IMG/VR virus record: IMGVR_UViG_2926965794_000002
Location: 32,001-96,000 of that record
Direction: 5' to 3' (one strand)
From: a virus
Lineage: Duplodnaviria > Caudoviricetes
DNA: 64,000 nt
A model generated the notes under the pieces. That model had not been told where the DNA came from and did no database searches. It saw only the letters and a program-made list of their open reading frames with translations. A program made the translations under genes and the position numbers. Shown here piece by piece: positions 1 through 10,500 of this stretch (the first letter of the stretch is position 1; every line of letters begins with the position of its first letter).

Positions 1-68
1 CTCGAGAACCTCTCGACTGAAACTTCTTCGTGGTTGCTGGACTGGAGCCGCTATCGGCTCCGCGCGGG

Positions 69-437
69 TTACGGCAGCAAGGCCATCCGCTGATCCTCGT
101 AATGTGCCGGGACGCCGCTATCCTCGAGGATCTTGTTCAACTCTTCCAAGGTCTGCGCATTGCGAGCGGCCACGAGGAGTGCCCTGCGCTTGTTTTCCTT
201 GATCATGAGGTCGTCAGGCTTCGCGAGGATGATGGCCGCGAGCTCCTGCGCTGTCTTGCCCTCGATCTTCGCAGCCTCTTCGAACTCGACGGTCGGTGCC
301 GCACCGCTCTGGACAGCCAACGCTAGCATGTGCTTGCGCGAATGCGCGACGTCGTGACCGTCGACCATGAGGAACGCGTTGATCCGACGCTCCGCTCGCT
401 TCTTCTCCTGGACGAGCGGCGAGATGCTGAGCTTCAT
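69..437 (-). CDS. Putative tail fibre assembly / tail accessory protein
   Basis: 122 aa helical ORF, ATGA-coupled to the upstream gene, downstream of the tail tip; function inferred from position. Confidence 0.5.
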   Translation of the reverse strand: MKLSISPLVQEKKRAERRINAFLMVDGHDVAHSRKHMLALAVQSGAAPTVEFEEAAKIEGKTAQELAAIILAKPDDLMIKENKRRALLVAARNAQTLEELNKILEDSGVPAHYEDQRMALLP

Positions 438-1000
438 TGCGCCAGCACCTCGAAGACTCCGACCTTGTAGGGCTGCCCCGGGACGATAGTCACCCTAAAC
501 GTGCCGACCTGGTCGATCGCGAACTCGATGCCGCCGTCGGTGACGTCTTCCTGGTGGACCAGCTTGTTATCGTACCAGACATAAACCGTGAACTTTTCCG
601 GCTGGACCGTCAGATGCAGAGCGTCGATACCGTCCGCCTTGATCGGTCGAATCTCACCAGTGATGACCACTTCCGGCTTCGGCAGGACCTCCTTCGGGTC
701 TTTTGTGACGTCCACGTAGGCCTCTCTGATATCGACCGGGCCGTCGTACAGCATGTGATCGATCCCAGCCGTGGTATACGCCGCGGAAATTTCCTCCATG
801 GGCCTTTCGGCATCGAGAATGACCTGGGTAATAACCCCGCTTGCGTCGTGCCTGATGAGCGTCTTGGTCTTGTTGATCGCTTCCGGCTCCTCGACCCCGG
901 CCGCAATGGCTTCCGGACTTAGCGGGACTGCCTGTCCGCCGGCATCAGCGGGTGTGTAGCCAGGAACAGCCCATGCCGCGTCGAGTGTCACTCCTGTCAT
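434..1000 (-). CDS. Hypothetical tail-associated protein
   Basis: ORF 434..1180 trimmed to ATG at 1000 (MTGVTLDAAW), which overlaps the stop of the upstream gene. Confidence 0.6.
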   Translation of the reverse strand: MTGVTLDAAWAVPGYTPADAGGQAVPLSPEAIAAGVEEPEAINKTKTLIRHDASGVITQVILDAERPMEEISAAYTTAGIDHMLYDGPVDIREAYVDVTKDPKEVLPKPEVVITGEIRPIKADGIDALHLTVQPEKFTVYVWYDNKLVHQEDVTDGGIEFAIDQVGTFRVTIVPGQPYKVGVFEVLAQ

Positions 1001-1401
1001 CCTGCAATTCTCCTGAACAGCGAGAAGTAGAGCCGTCCCTGCTGGTTGCCGAACTTGAACCGGAACACGATGGCCGACGTCGTCACGGCAGCGTAGATCC
1101 AAAAGTCCGTACCGCTGCCGCGAAAGGACTCGCACATGAGGTACTGCGCGCCCGGGTTCAGAAGAATGCTCGGATCGCAATAGCCGAGCATGAACGGCGG
1201 CGCGTCGAGCGTCTCTCCGAAGTTCAGCTGAGCAGTGCTGTCGTTGATGCTGTCCAGGGTGCCGCTCAAATAGAACTGGTGACCCGACCAGCGGGAATCA
1301 AAGACTGTCTGATCGAGATTGGCGACGCTCGCATCGATCCCCGGCTTGCTGACGACGAGTTTTGCGCCGGCTCCGCCCTGCAATAGGACCCGCTGCGTCA
1401 C
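997..1401 (-). CDS. Tail-tip accessory protein, paralogue 3
   Basis: N-terminal VSKPGIDA...FDS motif shared with the two upstream genes. Confidence 0.65.
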   Translation of the reverse strand: MTQRVLLQGGAGAKLVVSKPGIDASVANLDQTVFDSRWSGHQFYLSGTLDSINDSTAQLNFGETLDAPPFMLGYCDPSILLNPGAQYLMCESFRGSGTDFWIYAAVTTSAIVFRFKFGNQQGRLYFSLFRRIAG

Positions 1402-1853
1402 CCGAGGCTCCTATTGAAGATCATGTAGTCCACGTAGATGCCGTAGGACTCCGAGATGGTGTTGTTGAATGTCAGCGAGTTGGTTGAAATCCGGAAGCCG
1501 TTCGTGATCTCGTAGTAGACGACACCGCCGATGGTGAGGTCCCGCGGCATGGCCATATCGAGTCGATACGGGTAAGAAACAACGCCCGAGTCGATGTACG
1601 TTCTGAACGCAACATAGGGATTCTGCGGAAGCGTCACCGTAAAAGGGATATTTACGTCACCGCTCAATGGCGGCAGAAAAACGCTGCCAGACAAAATGAC
1701 TTGTTCATTCTTGGTGTCCGGCTTGAGAAGGAAGTCGCCCGGCACTGTAGCCGTAACGACGTCAACCCCCGGTCGCGACAACCATACGCCGTAACCGCCG
1801 AGGCTTGGATGCAAGCCCATGAGGAAGCGCCGAGCCATCACTGAACCTGCCAA
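1398..1853 (-). CDS. Tail-tip accessory protein, paralogue 2
   Basis: LSRPGVDV motif; start may be the ATG at 1840 region (MARRFL). Confidence 0.65.
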   Translation of the reverse strand: MAGSVMARRFLMGLHPSLGGYGVWLSRPGVDVVTATVPGDFLLKPDTKNEQVILSGSVFLPPLSGDVNIPFTVTLPQNPYVAFRTYIDSGVVSYPYRLDMAMPRDLTIGGVVYYEITNGFRISTNSLTFNNTISESYGIYVDYMIFNRSLG

Positions 1854-2275
1854 GCGACATAGAACAGGGTGACAGATGCCCCGTACAGCCGCGAATGCCT
1901 ATAGGTGAACAGGCCAGAGTCAGTTGCGGTAAATCCGTTCGTTTCACACAGCACCGCGAACGGCACCCGCTGAATCGCGGTGCTACTGTTCGCATCGCGC
2001 ATAACAATCGATTGATTGTATGCGGCCATGCCCGAGTTGAGACCGTACGCAATGATGTCGACAGCGGGCGGCTTCGGATAGGTGGTCGTGTAGAAGACCT
2101 TCCCGCTCACCAGGAAGCTGTAACCCGGCAAAATTCCGACCTCTAGTGGACGCCCCTGATTGAGACGACTGTCCAGCGAGAGGTACTTGTAGTCGACTGC
2201 CGGTGGCGACTGCGCATCGAAGCCGGGCTTTGATACGGTCACCCGGGTTGAATCAATGTAGATCCGGACGGACAC
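1838..2275 (-). CDS. Tail-tip accessory protein, paralogue 1
   Basis: VSKPGFDA...LDS motif; directly follows the J-like gene. Confidence 0.65.
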   Translation of the reverse strand: MSVRIYIDSTRVTVSKPGFDAQSPPAVDYKYLSLDSRLNQGRPLEVGILPGYSFLVSGKVFYTTTYPKPPAVDIIAYGLNSGMAAYNQSIVMRDANSSTAIQRVPFAVLCETNGFTATDSGLFTYRHSRLYGASVTLFYVAWQVQ

Positions 2276-2281
2276 CGCCCA

Positions 2282-5200
2282 TCACTCCGAGATAATGAGG
2301 GTGCCGGCCGTCAGGTTGAAGACCACCTTGCCATCCGAGCTCTGGATGATGCCGGCCGTGAGCGTGCCGACGTTCGCCGTGATAGCGCTCAGGACACCGA
2401 TGTTCATCATGCGGGCCGTGACGGTCCCGTCGAGGTACATATTCGCCGTGATACCGATCGAGGCGACCCCGGCGATGGTACCGACGGTGAAGACGGGCGT
2501 CGGCGCTCCGCCATTGTAGCCAGGCAACTGGATCTGGAATTTATCGGCGACCACAGTGAATGCCGAGGTTCCCGATCCGCCGTTCACAAGTTGAATGCCT
2601 GAGATGTAGCCGTTCACGTTCAGCGTGAGCGACCATGCCGCGGCGGCGTAACCATCCAACGTAGCGATAGCCGTGGAATGTTCATCGATAGACGCGCTGA
2701 CATCACCGAACTGCGCGGTGACCGTTGTTTCGAAGTCAGCGAGGGCTTCCTGGGTGCTCACCGCGACCGTCTGCACGACGGCGATCGCAGCGAATGCTGC
2801 GCCGGATCGCGCTGAAATCTCGGTGCGAACTTTCTGCTGGTCCAGCCAGTTGCGCGCGTCCTGATTGCCGACCAGCGTCGAGATCCGCTGCAACGCCTCA
2901 TTGATCTCGTCGTTGAGTTGGTCGGTCACCTCCGTGACCTGCTTCTTCAAGGCGGCATTGAACGACTCGAGCGTGACGAGACCCGGGGACAGTTTGACCG
3001 TCGGGGCATCGAGCTCGACGGTTGAGTACGCGCCGCGCATGGTCGCATTGACGGCCTGCACCCGAAGCGTTGCGGCAGCCAGGCTGACGATGATGTCGAA
3101 TTGGTTCTCGGCGCCCTCGTAGACCTGGGTCCAGCTCTTGCCGTCGTCGTAGGAGATGCCGGCGACATAGTAGATTGCGCCTTCGGTCGGGAACCAACTG
3201 GCGAACAGTCGAGGTTCGGCGGTGCCTTGGCTGATGTAGGCATTCAGGCCGTAGACCAACGGTACCTTGTCGTTCGACGGGTACTGCGCGCTCGGCAGCA
3301 CCGGCGGCGTTCCGAGATCGGTTGCGTGGACACGCTCGTCATCGACCACCAGGCTGAGCGAGCAGGTATCGCCGTTCGGCGAACCGTTGAGCACGAGGCA
3401 GAGCTTCGACGAACTCTCACCGGTACCGAGTTCGAAGGACGGCGGCTCGCCGCCATCCTCTCGGGCCAGGACGTCTGGCAGCGTGATCGACTGCGACGAT
3501 TCCGCTGCCCCCAGACTGGCTGGGTTGAGGTTCGCGATCGCGGCGTTGGCGCCTTCGGTGCACAGCACCGGGCCGAAGAACTTGCCGTTCGGACGGCGCA
3601 GCCGGATGTAAAACGGACCGCTATCCCATGTCGGAGCCGGATCCAGCGTCAGAGCATAACCGGCGGCGCCGACCACGGCACCGCCGTAGCCGTAGGCTTG
3701 CGGCAATTCGGACTGCACCCGAACAACCGAACCGAGCGTGATCGCCCTGCCCTCGTACTCGACGCCGATCGTGACGTTCTCGCGCCGATAGAAGGATTGG
3801 AGATAGACGAAAGCGCACTCGCGGAAGGCCTGGTCGCGATTGATGACACCGTCCAAGCGGATCGTGGTGGCATTCAGCGAGGTGAAGGTGTCGCTGTTCG
3901 GCGGATATTGCACCTGCGCCGGCTGCCAAGTGTTCTCGTCGACGTATTCGAGGATGACCGCATCCGGATCTTCCTCGCCGAGCATCGTGAAGTCGATCGC
4001 GGTCGAATCCCGCACGATCTCCCGATCGGTCAGCAGCATGGTCGGGACGTCGCGCCACTCGTCGCGGACAATCGACACGGTGTCCCCGAGCCAGAAATGC
4101 TTCGCTCTCGAGACGCCGAGGATCTTGTCGAAAGCGTCCGGCACCGCCACAGCGGAATCGAACCGGAAGTCGAACGTGTCGTTCCGGCTCGTGCAGCCCG
4201 CTGCAAAATCGACGACAGCGTTGAAATCGACCTTCGAGATGCCGAGGCCGGACCCATATTGCGTGTTCGCCACGGAGTCGAAGAATGCCCATCCGGGATT
4301 CCGCGTTGCCTGCAACACGAACGCCGATCCGCTCCAGACCTGCAGCTTGCGGGTAGCCAGAACGCCAAATTTGTAAGAGCCCTGCGTCGACTGAGACGCC
4401 TTGAGCCGGATTGCCATGGTCGAGACGTCGGGGAACGAGTTGTTGCCCTTCAGGAACGAGCGGAGGCCGGCCCAGATGACTGAATTCGAGCCGGCGGTGC
4501 CGGCGAGCTCGGCGTCTTCCCGGCGGAAGCGGACCAGATATCGGCCCGGGAACACGTCGACCTTCACGCTATTGCGAACCGGCGCTTGTGACGCGTACTG
4601 GAAGGTGGTCGAGAACAGCGGATTGAACGGTCCGGTTTGAGTGCCGGCGTCATCGCAGGTCGCGTATTCGGCCGTCAGCCAAACGTTCGAAAAGCCGATC
4701 GAACTGTCCTTGCCGCTGACCGTGAAGCAGCCGGCTGGAAACGCGAAGTCAACGGCGATCGACTGCGCCTGCGTTCCCGCTGGGTTGGCGACGAATGGTC
4801 CGATCCATGCGCCAGGCGTCCGCGCCGACGGGCCAAAGGCGTTGCCGTTCTGATCGAACTGACCACCAGAGGTGCCGGTCCCCGACGGCAGCTGTTGCCC
4901 GTTGACCTCGATTGACTGGTCGACGTTGGTCGGAAAGAGCGTGACGGTTGCGCCCGGCTCGTAAAATTCGACCTGCGCCCCGGCGAACGAGGCTGATATG
5001 CCGTTCGTCGAGTCCCAGAACACCGTGTCGTCGACGTAGATCTTCTCGTAGGACATGCTGCCCATCGAGACCGAGAGCAGCAGGTTGAGATATTGATCGT
5101 TGCCGACGAACTCGGCCCATGGCGTCGCTGCGAAGTCCGGGAAGGCCTTCAGACGGCCGTACCAGACCGGCAGCGGCTGTCCCAGCTTGGCAACGTTGCC

Positions 5201-5785
5201 CTGGGCCGTCACCGAATAGATCTGATCCGGCGTCGAGCTCGGCGAGTTCGTCGCGCCAGCCTTGGGCAGGATCAGGGCATTGACGAGCAGTGTGCCGCCG
5301 ATTGCGAGGCCGGCCCCCAGCGCCGTCGCGCCGAAGCTGCCCGCGGTGAGACCAAACAGGCCGACCGGCGCCCAGAGAGCGAATGCCGACACCGCCACCA
5401 GTGCGACAATGCCGATGATCTGCTTGACCGCGTTGCCGCCCTGCCCGCCGCCCCGCGGGAAACTCATGAAGCGGACCTGATCCGCGGCACCGATCCGCCG
5501 GCGCCGCCAATCCTGGCGCAGCACCGCCTCGCCGTTGATCTCGAGGATGGTCGGCAACCCCTTCGCAAACTGCCAGCCGTAGGCGCGATCGTGCCAGGCC
5601 CAGCCGGTGCGGCGCAGGAAGCTGGTCACGGTCTCTCGCGCGCGCGGCTCGGCGCGCGCGACCTCGAGGCCAGGCATGACGAGATGCACGACCGGCCGGC
5701 GAGTAGAGTCGCTCCGGCGCGATCGGCGCACGCGGGAGCGCTCCGCCGGCAGGTTCTGCGGCAGTTTGGGAAGAGGCGCGTGCAT
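2282..5785 (-). CDS. Central tail fibre / host-specificity protein (lambda J-like, with I-like N-terminus)
   Basis: 1167 aa; LPVWYG, TRNPGWAF, coiled coil and a DUF1983-like C-terminus (GYISGIQL..FTVVADKFQI); follows M/L/K-like genes. Confidence 0.9.
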   Translation of the reverse strand: MHAPLPKLPQNLPAERSRVRRSRRSDSTRRPVVHLVMPGLEVARAEPRARETVTSFLRRTGWAWHDRAYGWQFAKGLPTILEINGEAVLRQDWRRRRIGAADQVRFMSFPRGGGQGGNAVKQIIGIVALVAVSAFALWAPVGLFGLTAGSFGATALGAGLAIGGTLLVNALILPKAGATNSPSSTPDQIYSVTAQGNVAKLGQPLPVWYGRLKAFPDFAATPWAEFVGNDQYLNLLLSVSMGSMSYEKIYVDDTVFWDSTNGISASFAGAQVEFYEPGATVTLFPTNVDQSIEVNGQQLPSGTGTSGGQFDQNGNAFGPSARTPGAWIGPFVANPAGTQAQSIAVDFAFPAGCFTVSGKDSSIGFSNVWLTAEYATCDDAGTQTGPFNPLFSTTFQYASQAPVRNSVKVDVFPGRYLVRFRREDAELAGTAGSNSVIWAGLRSFLKGNNSFPDVSTMAIRLKASQSTQGSYKFGVLATRKLQVWSGSAFVLQATRNPGWAFFDSVANTQYGSGLGISKVDFNAVVDFAAGCTSRNDTFDFRFDSAVAVPDAFDKILGVSRAKHFWLGDTVSIVRDEWRDVPTMLLTDREIVRDSTAIDFTMLGEEDPDAVILEYVDENTWQPAQVQYPPNSDTFTSLNATTIRLDGVINRDQAFRECAFVYLQSFYRRENVTIGVEYEGRAITLGSVVRVQSELPQAYGYGGAVVGAAGYALTLDPAPTWDSGPFYIRLRRPNGKFFGPVLCTEGANAAIANLNPASLGAAESSQSITLPDVLAREDGGEPPSFELGTGESSSKLCLVLNGSPNGDTCSLSLVVDDERVHATDLGTPPVLPSAQYPSNDKVPLVYGLNAYISQGTAEPRLFASWFPTEGAIYYVAGISYDDGKSWTQVYEGAENQFDIIVSLAAATLRVQAVNATMRGAYSTVELDAPTVKLSPGLVTLESFNAALKKQVTEVTDQLNDEINEALQRISTLVGNQDARNWLDQQKVRTEISARSGAAFAAIAVVQTVAVSTQEALADFETTVTAQFGDVSASIDEHSTAIATLDGYAAAAWSLTLNVNGYISGIQLVNGGSGTSAFTVVADKFQIQLPGYNGGAPTPVFTVGTIAGVASIGITANMYLDGTVTARMMNIGVLSAITANVGTLTAGIIQSSDGKVVFNLTAGTLIISE

Positions 5786-5790
5786 TTCGG

Positions 5791-5979
5791 CTATGCTGCT
5801 GGCGTCACGACTGGCTGGGCGACGGTGAACTTCGAGACTTCAGCCGCTGGCCCAACGATCTGATAGGTCCCTGGCCGCATCTTCTGAATGGAGCTCTCGG
5901 CTTCGGCCTGGGAATTGAACGGTCCAAAGACCGTCGGGACCAGCGAAGCGGACCGAGCGGTGTTCACGACGAAGAACAT
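5791..5979 (-). CDS. Small hypothetical protein
   Basis: 62 aa with GAGGA RBS; fills the gap before J. Confidence 0.55.
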   Translation of the reverse strand: MFFVVNTARSASLVPTVFGPFNSQAEAESSIQKMRPGTYQIVGPAAEVSKFTVAQPVVTPAA

Positions 5980-5988
5980 GCGTGGTCC

Positions 5989-6237
5989 TCAGATCTCGGA
6001 CAGGCGCGCCGCTGTTACCGGCCCGTCAATGAAGAGATCGTCACGGATCGATATCGTCCCGGTGGCAAAATCGATCGACCACCTTACGTCCGGCGATCGT
6101 ATCGTGCCCGCGGCCAAGGTTCCGGCGTTGGCATCAATGGCCCGCGGCCCAACCGCAGTTGGAGACGCGGTCTTCGCGAGCGCTGGCCCCAGGACAGGCG
6201 CGGCAAACAATGCGGCGAGGAATGAACGACGGCGCAT
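5989..6237 (-). CDS. Small Tat-signal protein resembling the J C-terminus
   Basis: MRRRSFL twin-arginine motif, hydrophobic stretch, ALA cleavage site; mature part aligns with the J C-terminus. Confidence 0.6.
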   Translation of the reverse strand: MRRRSFLAALFAAPVLGPALAKTASPTAVGPRAIDANAGTLAAGTIRSPDVRWSIDFATGTISIRDDLFIDGPVTAARLSEI

Positions 6238-6240
6238 GGG

Positions 6241-6657
6241 TCATCTCTCCTTCGGTTCAAAAAATCGGAGCTTCTTCCAGCCCATCTGGCGCAACGCCAA
6301 GGCTGTCTCGCACGCGACGCCCTGCTTCTCGTCGCAATGGATCACGCGTTGTTCGGGTTTGAGCCAGACGCCGATGTGCGCCGGTATCTGGAGATGAGCC
6401 ATCAGGACGAGCGCGCCGTCAGCAGCCGAAACGAGGCCTCCCGGCCCTTCCGGAACTTCTCGCCAGAGATCCCGTTCCGGATGCCCATCGAAGGACTCCA
6501 GCACCCAGCGCTTCGAGAAATCATTCGGGACCGGGATACGCGGCAGTCTCCGCCCGAACAGTTCTTTCTCGACGTGGCAGACGAAATCCCAGCAATTGCG
6601 GGTCTGCCAGGCCCACGGCTCACCGATGAGCGGCGCAAGGAACTCGGAACGGGTCAT
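6241..6657 (-). CDS. Tail tip NlpC/P60-family protein (lambda K-like)
   Basis: IGEPW..NCWDFV, HIGVW, VIHC motifs; start trimmed to ATG 6657 (TAATG overlap). Confidence 0.85.
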   Translation of the reverse strand: MTRSEFLAPLIGEPWAWQTRNCWDFVCHVEKELFGRRLPRIPVPNDFSKRWVLESFDGHPERDLWREVPEGPGGLVSAADGALVLMAHLQIPAHIGVWLKPEQRVIHCDEKQGVACETALALRQMGWKKLRFFEPKER

Positions 6658-7181
6658 TACGCCAGCAAACTCGGGAATTGGACGTAGTCGTAGTTCTTGG
6701 TCAGGCGCGGAAACCGCTTGTTCTGCAGGTTTTTCACCATCACGGTGCCGCTGATCGAGGCGCCGACCACCTTGACGTTGCGGAGCTCGAATTCGACGGC
6801 GCCGTAGGACGGCTGCGTGAGGTCGGTGGCGAGATATTCCCGGTACAGGACCGAGATGTATTCGCGGTAGCCGAGCGCGGCCCGGATCTTCGGCAGCAGT
6901 TCGCGATTGACGTTGTCGATCTTGATGTTGGTCTGCGGCGGCTGCCCCTGCCGCTGCTCCGGGTACGAGGACTCGAACGGACACGCGATGAAGGTGACCG
7001 TTTCGCCAGGATTGCGTGGTGCCGACAACTCGATCCCGAAGGTCATGTCGTCGCCGACGTTCGCGACGACCCGCGCCGCGACATCGAAGGATGACTGCCA
7101 GATCTCGAGCGTGTGGTAGACCCGCGCACTGGGCGGGCACGACGCATAGGCCTCGAGGAGCGCTTCGTTATGCGTCGCCAT
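6657..7181 (-). CDS. Minor tail protein, DUF1833 / lambda L-like
   Basis: EAYAS..YHTLEI..FIACPF..IDNV..YREYL signature and position. Confidence 0.85.
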   Translation of the reverse strand: MATHNEALLEAYASCPPSARVYHTLEIWQSSFDVAARVVANVGDDMTFGIELSAPRNPGETVTFIACPFESSYPEQRQGQPPQTNIKIDNVNRELLPKIRAALGYREYISVLYREYLATDLTQPSYGAVEFELRNVKVVGASISGTVMVKNLQNKRFPRLTKNYDYVQFPSLLA

Positions 7182-7552
7182 CAGAGATTAAACACCATGA
7201 GCGTCATGGTGGCGGCGATGCGGCTCGACGACGTCGGCACGTAGCTGGGCTTGCCACCTTTCGCGAATTTGCAGGTCTTCGTGGCGTATGCCGAACCAAG
7301 CCAGACCGGCGCCGTGAACCGGCCGGAGCCGTTGTTGAGCGTGTCGCGCACCCAAGCGACGAAAACATCGTGCTCGGCGTTGGTCAGGCTGATCGTCTGG
7401 ACGATGGTCCCGACATTGTCGCCGGGCCGCGCCCGCTCGCGGGTGTTGCCGCCTTCCATGTCGGTCGCGATCGGTTCGAGGAACCGCTTCTGGATCTGGA
7501 AGCCACTCTTCTGCGGTCGGCTGTTGACCGCGGGCCAGGACGGAAGGGCCAT
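7181..7552 (-). CDS. Distal tail protein (lambda M-like)
   Basis: TDMEGGNTRER and FVAWVRDTLNNGSGRF motifs; directly after the tape measure. Confidence 0.75.
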   Translation of the reverse strand: MALPSWPAVNSRPQKSGFQIQKRFLEPIATDMEGGNTRERARPGDNVGTIVQTISLTNAEHDVFVAWVRDTLNNGSGRFTAPVWLGSAYATKTCKFAKGGKPSYVPTSSSRIAATMTLMVFNL

Positions 7553-7555
7553 CGC

Positions 7556-10500
7556 TTAGCTCCCGAAACCCTTTTGGCGGGACGAAATGGCCTGCGAGAT
7601 CGGGCCATTCCGAGCCGCGTCGTCGACCATGAGGCCGGTGACGGCGTTCTTGAACACGATGTCGACCTGCGTGCCGTTGTTGGTCCGGCTGACGCTGGTC
7701 TGCGGATCCGAGCCCGACGGCGCGTTGTAGATGTTCACGACGACGTTGCCGGAGGCGCCGTTGTCGTTGGCGGCACCACCGCCGCCAATTCCTCCGGCGG
7801 AGACGCCGAGGCGACCATCCGGGCCACGCCGCAGCGGCATGATGGCTTCCTCACCAGCTTCGCCCATGAGGCCGGTGCCGTTCGCCATCGGGAACAATGT
7901 CGGCCTAGTCACGACGCCACCGCGCGCGAACGCCACGATCTTGCCGCCGGCGAAGACGTTGCCCAGCGCGCTCGGCGCCAGCGGGCCGAACAGGTTGCTG
8001 CCGGCGGCACCGGGCGTGCCATAGGTGACGCCGCTCGACCCGAGCAGCGAGCCGAAATCGAGGCCGCCGCCGGTCAGGCCACCAAACGAGCTCTGGAGGC
8101 TGCGCATCAGCGGACCGATGACCAGCAGCTTGACGATCATCTCCTCGATCGCGCGGATCACCAGCTTCGAGGTGTCCGAGAACGCCTGGCCGAAGTTCTT
8201 GGTGCCATCGAGCGCATCGGTGACGCCGGTCACCAGGTCGCTCGAAATGGTCGACGAGACCGATGCAAACGCCGCGTTGGTGCGGAGAGCCGCGGCTTCG
8301 ACCGAGTTCAGCGCCGTCGCGACGTCCGGATAGAGCGTCTTCAGCTGCTGCGCGATCTGGACGTCGTCGGGCGACAGCAGCGAGGTCTGCGACCCGAACC
8401 GGATATCGTTCTGGATCTGCTTGAGGGCATTCGCCTGCGCCGCGGCGCCGAGGGCCTTGGCCTGCGCATCGATCGCGGCCTTATCCTGGTCGGTCAGTTC
8501 CTTGTGGTTGCGGACGGCATCAGTCAGAGCCGTCATCCGGGCCACATACTCGGCCGCGGCGCCGGCGGACATGCCGATGGTCGCGGTCTGGATCCCGAAC
8601 GCATCAGCCTGCGCCTTGATCTGGAGCGAGCCGTCGGCCTGCGCGCGGGCGAGGTCCAGTTGGTCCTTGATCTGCTTTGCCGTCAGGCCGGCACCGGCTT
8701 CCTGTGCCCGCTGCAGATCAAGCGTCTTTTGCCGGACGCTGTCGAGGACGCCGGCCGACTGGCCGAGCGCCGACATCCGCGCCGACTGGACGCTCGAGGC
8801 GATATCGAGTTGCAGGGCCGATGTCGCGCGGCCGGTGTCGGCCGGCGAGGCGTTGATCTGCGCCGCCTTGGTACGGATCTGCTCGAGTCCGGCGGCGAGG
8901 CGTTCCGCGGGGCTGGCCGCTGCGCCGAGGAAGTCGACGAGCGCGTTCTTCGGCAGGGCTGCCAGCGCGGCGCTGGTCGCCGCGATCGAGCGCTGCAGCT
9001 GATCCATGGTCTGCCCGACCTTGGCCAGTTTCTGGTCGACATCCGGCGCCGCGGCGAGGTCTTGGAGCAGCTTCAGCTGGTTCTGGAGATCCTGCGTCTG
9101 CCCGATAATCGGCAGCGCGGTGCGGATAGCCTGCTGTTGCGCCAGTGATTGCTGCGCATTGCGGGCGTCCTCCGCGGCGGTCTTCTGCCGCTGCAGCGCG
9201 GCGGTGAGCTTGTCGACCTGTGCCTGGGCGGCGGCGGTTGCGGCGGGATCAGCGATCGGCCCCAGCAAACCGGTGTCCGGGTCGACCGTGCGGCCGCTCG
9301 TCCTCTGCAGGAGCTCAAGTTTCCGCTTCGCTGCCTCCAGCTGCGCATCGAGCCCCTGCACCGGATTCAGGACGTTGTAGATGCTCTTGCCGATCGAATC
9401 CCATGCGTTCGAAACGGCGTTGCCGAGGGCCGTCCATGCGGTCCGCGTCGTCGATACGGTGTTGGCGACATCCACCAGACCCGATTTCACGGCGGTCGCC
9501 AGCGCGACCTGAGCGGCATAGACCTTATTTTGGGCGACGAGGTCCGCGATGTTCTGCTTCGTCGCGGCATCCAGGAAGCCGAGCCGCTGATTGAGATCCT
9601 CGGCCCCCTTCACCGGGTCGGCGAAGGCCTGCGCCAGCGTCTTCGCCGCTTCCGAGGCGTCGGTGCCGTAGATCGTCGCGATATCCTTGCCCATCTGGAC
9701 AATCGGCAGGATGTTGTCGTTGGCGATCTTGCCGGTCTCCGCCAGCGTGGCCGCGAATGAACGGGCCTCCGCCACGGAAAGCCCGGATCGCGACGAACCG
9801 GCGTCCGCAATCGAGTTGATGCTGCCGGCTGTCGCACCGCTGGCACGGCCGGACCCGAGAAGCGACCTGTTTACCTCCTGCTGCTTGTCCTGGAACGAGA
9901 TCAGCGCCGCGACGCCGATGCCGATCGCTGCTGCGATGCCGCCCCAAACGACCCTGCCAACACTGAGCAGGCCGAGGAACTTCGACCCGACCACGCTCGC
10001 GAAGTCCGTGATGCTCGCCTTGGACGACTGGAAGATCTGGAAGACCTGGCCGCCCTGCTGCGCCAAGATCATGAACGGCGATTGGCCGAGAGCCAGCCCC
10101 GTGAGGACGTCGTTCAGCTGATACGACAGGTTGACGAGCTCGCCAGACGCGACGCGGCCCGTGGTGCTGGCGTTCTTCAGCTGCTGCTGGACGTCGGTCA
10201 ACCGCTTCGCCAGCATCACCTGCGCCTGCTCGTACTCGCCGGTGGAGATGTAGCCGTCGGCCAGCAGCTTCTTGTACGAGGCCATCTCGGCGCCGAGGCG
10301 CTGGAACTCAGTCTCGAGCGGCGCGATCTTGGAGCGCAGTTGCTCCGCGGCGGCGGTCATCTTCTGCTCGGCCGCGATCGCTTCATCGAATTCCGCGGCC
10401 ATGGCGGCGCCGGCGGCGTCGATATCCATGAACGCGGAGGCCGACGCCCTCGCCGATTTGGTAACCTGGTCGTAGCCGAAGGCCTGCGCGATCGACTGCT

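Noticed and set aside
1-5785. Diversity-generating retroelement or invertible tail-fibre cassette
   Set aside because: No reverse transcriptase, invertase or template/variable repeat pair seen; the J and mini-protein similarity is at protein level only.
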